This document shows, piece after piece, positions 62,130-64,000 of a stretch of 64,000 nucleotides of DNA (position 1 is its first letter; each line of letters opens with the position of its first letter). A program made the position numbers and the translations under genes. The notes beneath the pieces were generated by a model. It ran no database searches. It was not told the origin of the DNA and saw only the letters and a program-made list of their open reading frames with translations. The stretch comes from a virus (Duplodnaviria > Caudoviricetes). The DNA lies in the IMG/VR virus record IMGVR_UViG_3300044522_000179, positions 1 through 64,000 of that record, one strand, 5' to 3'.

Positions 62130-63893
62130 TTACGCAAGTAGTGTTCCGACAACAGTCACTGTTGAAGTGTTGTTGGCAGTTGTTACTAGAAGTTGTACAT
62201 TTGCTCCTGAGATTGATGCTGAAACTGAACCAAGAGATGATCCTGTTGAGACCATTCCGTATTCAGTAATTGCAATGTTGTCTGAAGAATCAAGTGTTAA
62301 AAGTACCTTTGAAACGTCTGTATTAGATCCATTGGCAATCTTAACAAGGTATTCTGCTGAACGGTATGAAGCCTTTGCGAAAGCATGTGCTGTCTGAACT
62401 CCTGCTGTTGCTGCTTCAAGAGTTGCTGCAACCTGCTTAGCAACTGAGTTAATTGCAACTGATGTAAATGAACGATCTGTTCCATCTACCGCAGTACGAG
62501 CACGAGCATCTGTGAAGTAAAGATTTGTACCTTCTGCAAGGTTAGTGGTTGTAGAATCTGCTACACCGTTTTCTGCGGTAATAACAAGGCCTGAACCTGA
62601 ACCTGTAATTGTAATATTTGTAAGTGTTGCACCAGTCAAAAGATCTGCTGCTGAAGACTTAGCACGAACATCTGTAAAGTACTTGTTTGTTGTAGCCTCT
62701 GCTACATCGTCTGTATCAAGTGCGTCTGCGTAAGCCTCTGCTGCAGTCTGTGCTGCTGCAATTGCTGTAGCCTGTGCAGTTGAAACTGGCTTGTTAGCAT
62801 CAGAAGTATTATCTACGTTGGCAAGACCAACTGAAGACTTTGTTAATGCTGATACTGCGTTTGAAATTGCAGTACCTGCTGCGGTTCCTGCTGCGGTGAC
62901 TGCATCTAATTCTGCTGTATCAACATACTGCTTTGTTGCTGCTCCAAGGTTTTCTGATGGATCTGCTGAAAGGACAAGAAGTCCAGTCATTGTGTCGCCA
63001 GCCTTTGATACCTTAGTTCCTACTGATGTAGTAAGAGTTGTAGCAAAGTTAGCATCATCTGCAATTGCAAATGCCAACTCATTAAGAGTATTAAGAAGTT
63101 CTGGTGCTCCATCTACAAGTGATGCAATTGCTGCATCTGTATATGCTGTTGTAGCAACCTGAGTATTATTTGTTCCTGCAGTTGCTGTAGGAGCAGTAGG
63201 TGTACCAGTTAATGCTGGAGATGCAAGAGGAGCCTTTAGGTCAAGCGCTGTTTGTGTAGCGGTTGAAACTGGCTTGTTTGCATCGGAAGTGTTATCTACG
63301 TTTCCAAGGCCAACCATTGTTGATGTAATACCAGATACTGTACCTGTAAATGTAGGTGATGCAGTAGGGGCCTTAGTATCAATCTGTGTTTGAATTGCAG
63401 ATGTTACTCCGTCTACATAGTTAAGTTCTGTTGTTGAAAGCGTTGCACCATCAAGAATATTAATCTCTGCATAATCTGCAGTGACACCATCAAGGATGTT
63501 TAACTCTGCTGTAGTTGCTGTTACGCCATCAAGAAGATTAATTTCTGCTGCTGTAGCATTTACTCCTGTTAGATCTGTTGGGGCAATGTTAATATTAGCA
63601 CTACCGTCAAATGATTGACCAGCAATAGTTCTTGCTGTAGCAAGTGTTGTTGCTGTACTTGCATTACCAGTTAATGCTGCTGTAACTGTTCCTGCAGCAA
63701 AATTACCTGATGCATCACGCTTTACAACCTTGTTTGCTTCGTTAGCAGATGTTGCTGTACCACCAATAAGACCAACTACATAATCTTGGTCTGCTTGTTT
63801 CTTTGTAAGAATGTCATATCCGCCAACTGTTGCTGATGAACCTTCAACGACTAAACCACTCTTAATTTTAAAATCTTTATTTACTGTTGCCAT
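62130..63893 (-). CDS. Tail fibre/appendage protein
   Basis: T(T/A)AE(L/I)N(I/L)LDG repeats, NTSDANKPVSTA, GAPELLNTLNELA, AATKQYVD, LAEGTNLYFTDARA. Confidence 0.8.
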   Translation of the reverse strand: MATVNKDFKIKSGLVVEGSSATVGGYDILTKKQADQDYVVGLIGGTATSANEANKVVKRDASGNFAAGTVTAALTGNASTATTLATARTIAGQSFDGSANINIAPTDLTGVNATAAEINLLDGVTATTAELNILDGVTADYAEINILDGATLSTTELNYVDGVTSAIQTQIDTKAPTASPTFTGTVSGITSTMVGLGNVDNTSDANKPVSTATQTALDLKAPLASPALTGTPTAPTATAGTNNTQVATTAYTDAAIASLVDGAPELLNTLNELAFAIADDANFATTLTTSVGTKVSKAGDTMTGLLVLSADPSENLGAATKQYVDTAELDAVTAAGTAAGTAISNAVSALTKSSVGLANVDNTSDANKPVSTAQATAIAAAQTAAEAYADALDTDDVAEATTNKYFTDVRAKSSAADLLTGATLTNITITGSGSGLVITAENGVADSTTTNLAEGTNLYFTDARARTAVDGTDRSFTSVAINSVAKQVAATLEAATAGVQTAHAFAKASYRSAEYLVKIANGSNTDVSKVLLTLDSSDNIAITEYGMVSTGSSLGSVSASISGANVQLLVTTANNTSTVTVVGTLLA

Positions 63894-63911
63894 TTTTTAT
63901 ATCTCCTTTTA

Positions 63912-64000
63912 TTACGCCTTAAGTCCCAAACGAGCATATCGTACGGTGACTGGCTTTATCGCAGAATCTGGAGTGACTGTAATAGCCACGGTATTTCCAG
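63912..64000 (-). CDS. 3' end of an upstream gene (...GNTVAITVTPDSAIKPVTVRYARLGLKA*)
   Basis: Hand translation; stop TAA at 63912..63914, just before the next RBS. Confidence 0.65.
   Translation of the reverse strand, partial: GNTVAITVTPDSAIKPVTVRYARLGLKA

Noticed and set aside
1-64000. tRNA, tmRNA or rRNA genes, integrase, transposase
   Set aside because: Intergenic gaps are short and explained by promoters, terminators or mini-ORFs; no cloverleaf or recombinase motifs were recognised by eye (tRNAscan-SE/Infernal would be the decisive check).

Overview
This window is 64 kb of a large, low-GC, long-tailed (siphovirus-type) dsDNA phage genome, densely coding, with every credible gene on the minus strand. 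In transcription order (right to left) it carries: tail-fibre/appendage genes; an FN3 protein ending in a (FGFSP)n repeat; 2OG-Fe(II) oxygenases, a sulfotransferase-like gene and a class II ribonucleotide reductase; portal, prohead protease/scaffold, major capsid, neck, major tail, tail chaperones, a 2983-aa tape measure and tail-tip genes; replication/recombination genes (DnaB, primase, SSB, DnaE, RecA, Cas4-like, RuvC-like); terminase; and a block of secreted/membrane host-like proteins plus an HslV-like protease. Gene order, leaderless extended -10 promoters and the style of the secreted proteins suggest an actinobacterial host, probably a freshwater low-GC one (inference, not proven). Main leads: (1) the Phe/Pro repeat tail on the FN3 protein next to modifying enzymes (seven 2OG-Fe(II) oxygenase-like genes in the window); (2) a HipA/PI3K-like kinase domain inside the tape measure protein; (3) accessory genes flanked by decayed copies of the neighbouring gene end; (4) tail chaperones G/GT apparently made by gene duplication rather than frameshifting. 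All family calls come from motif recognition by eye; no database search was run. No tRNA, rRNA, CRISPR array, integrase, transposase or reverse transcriptase was recognised.
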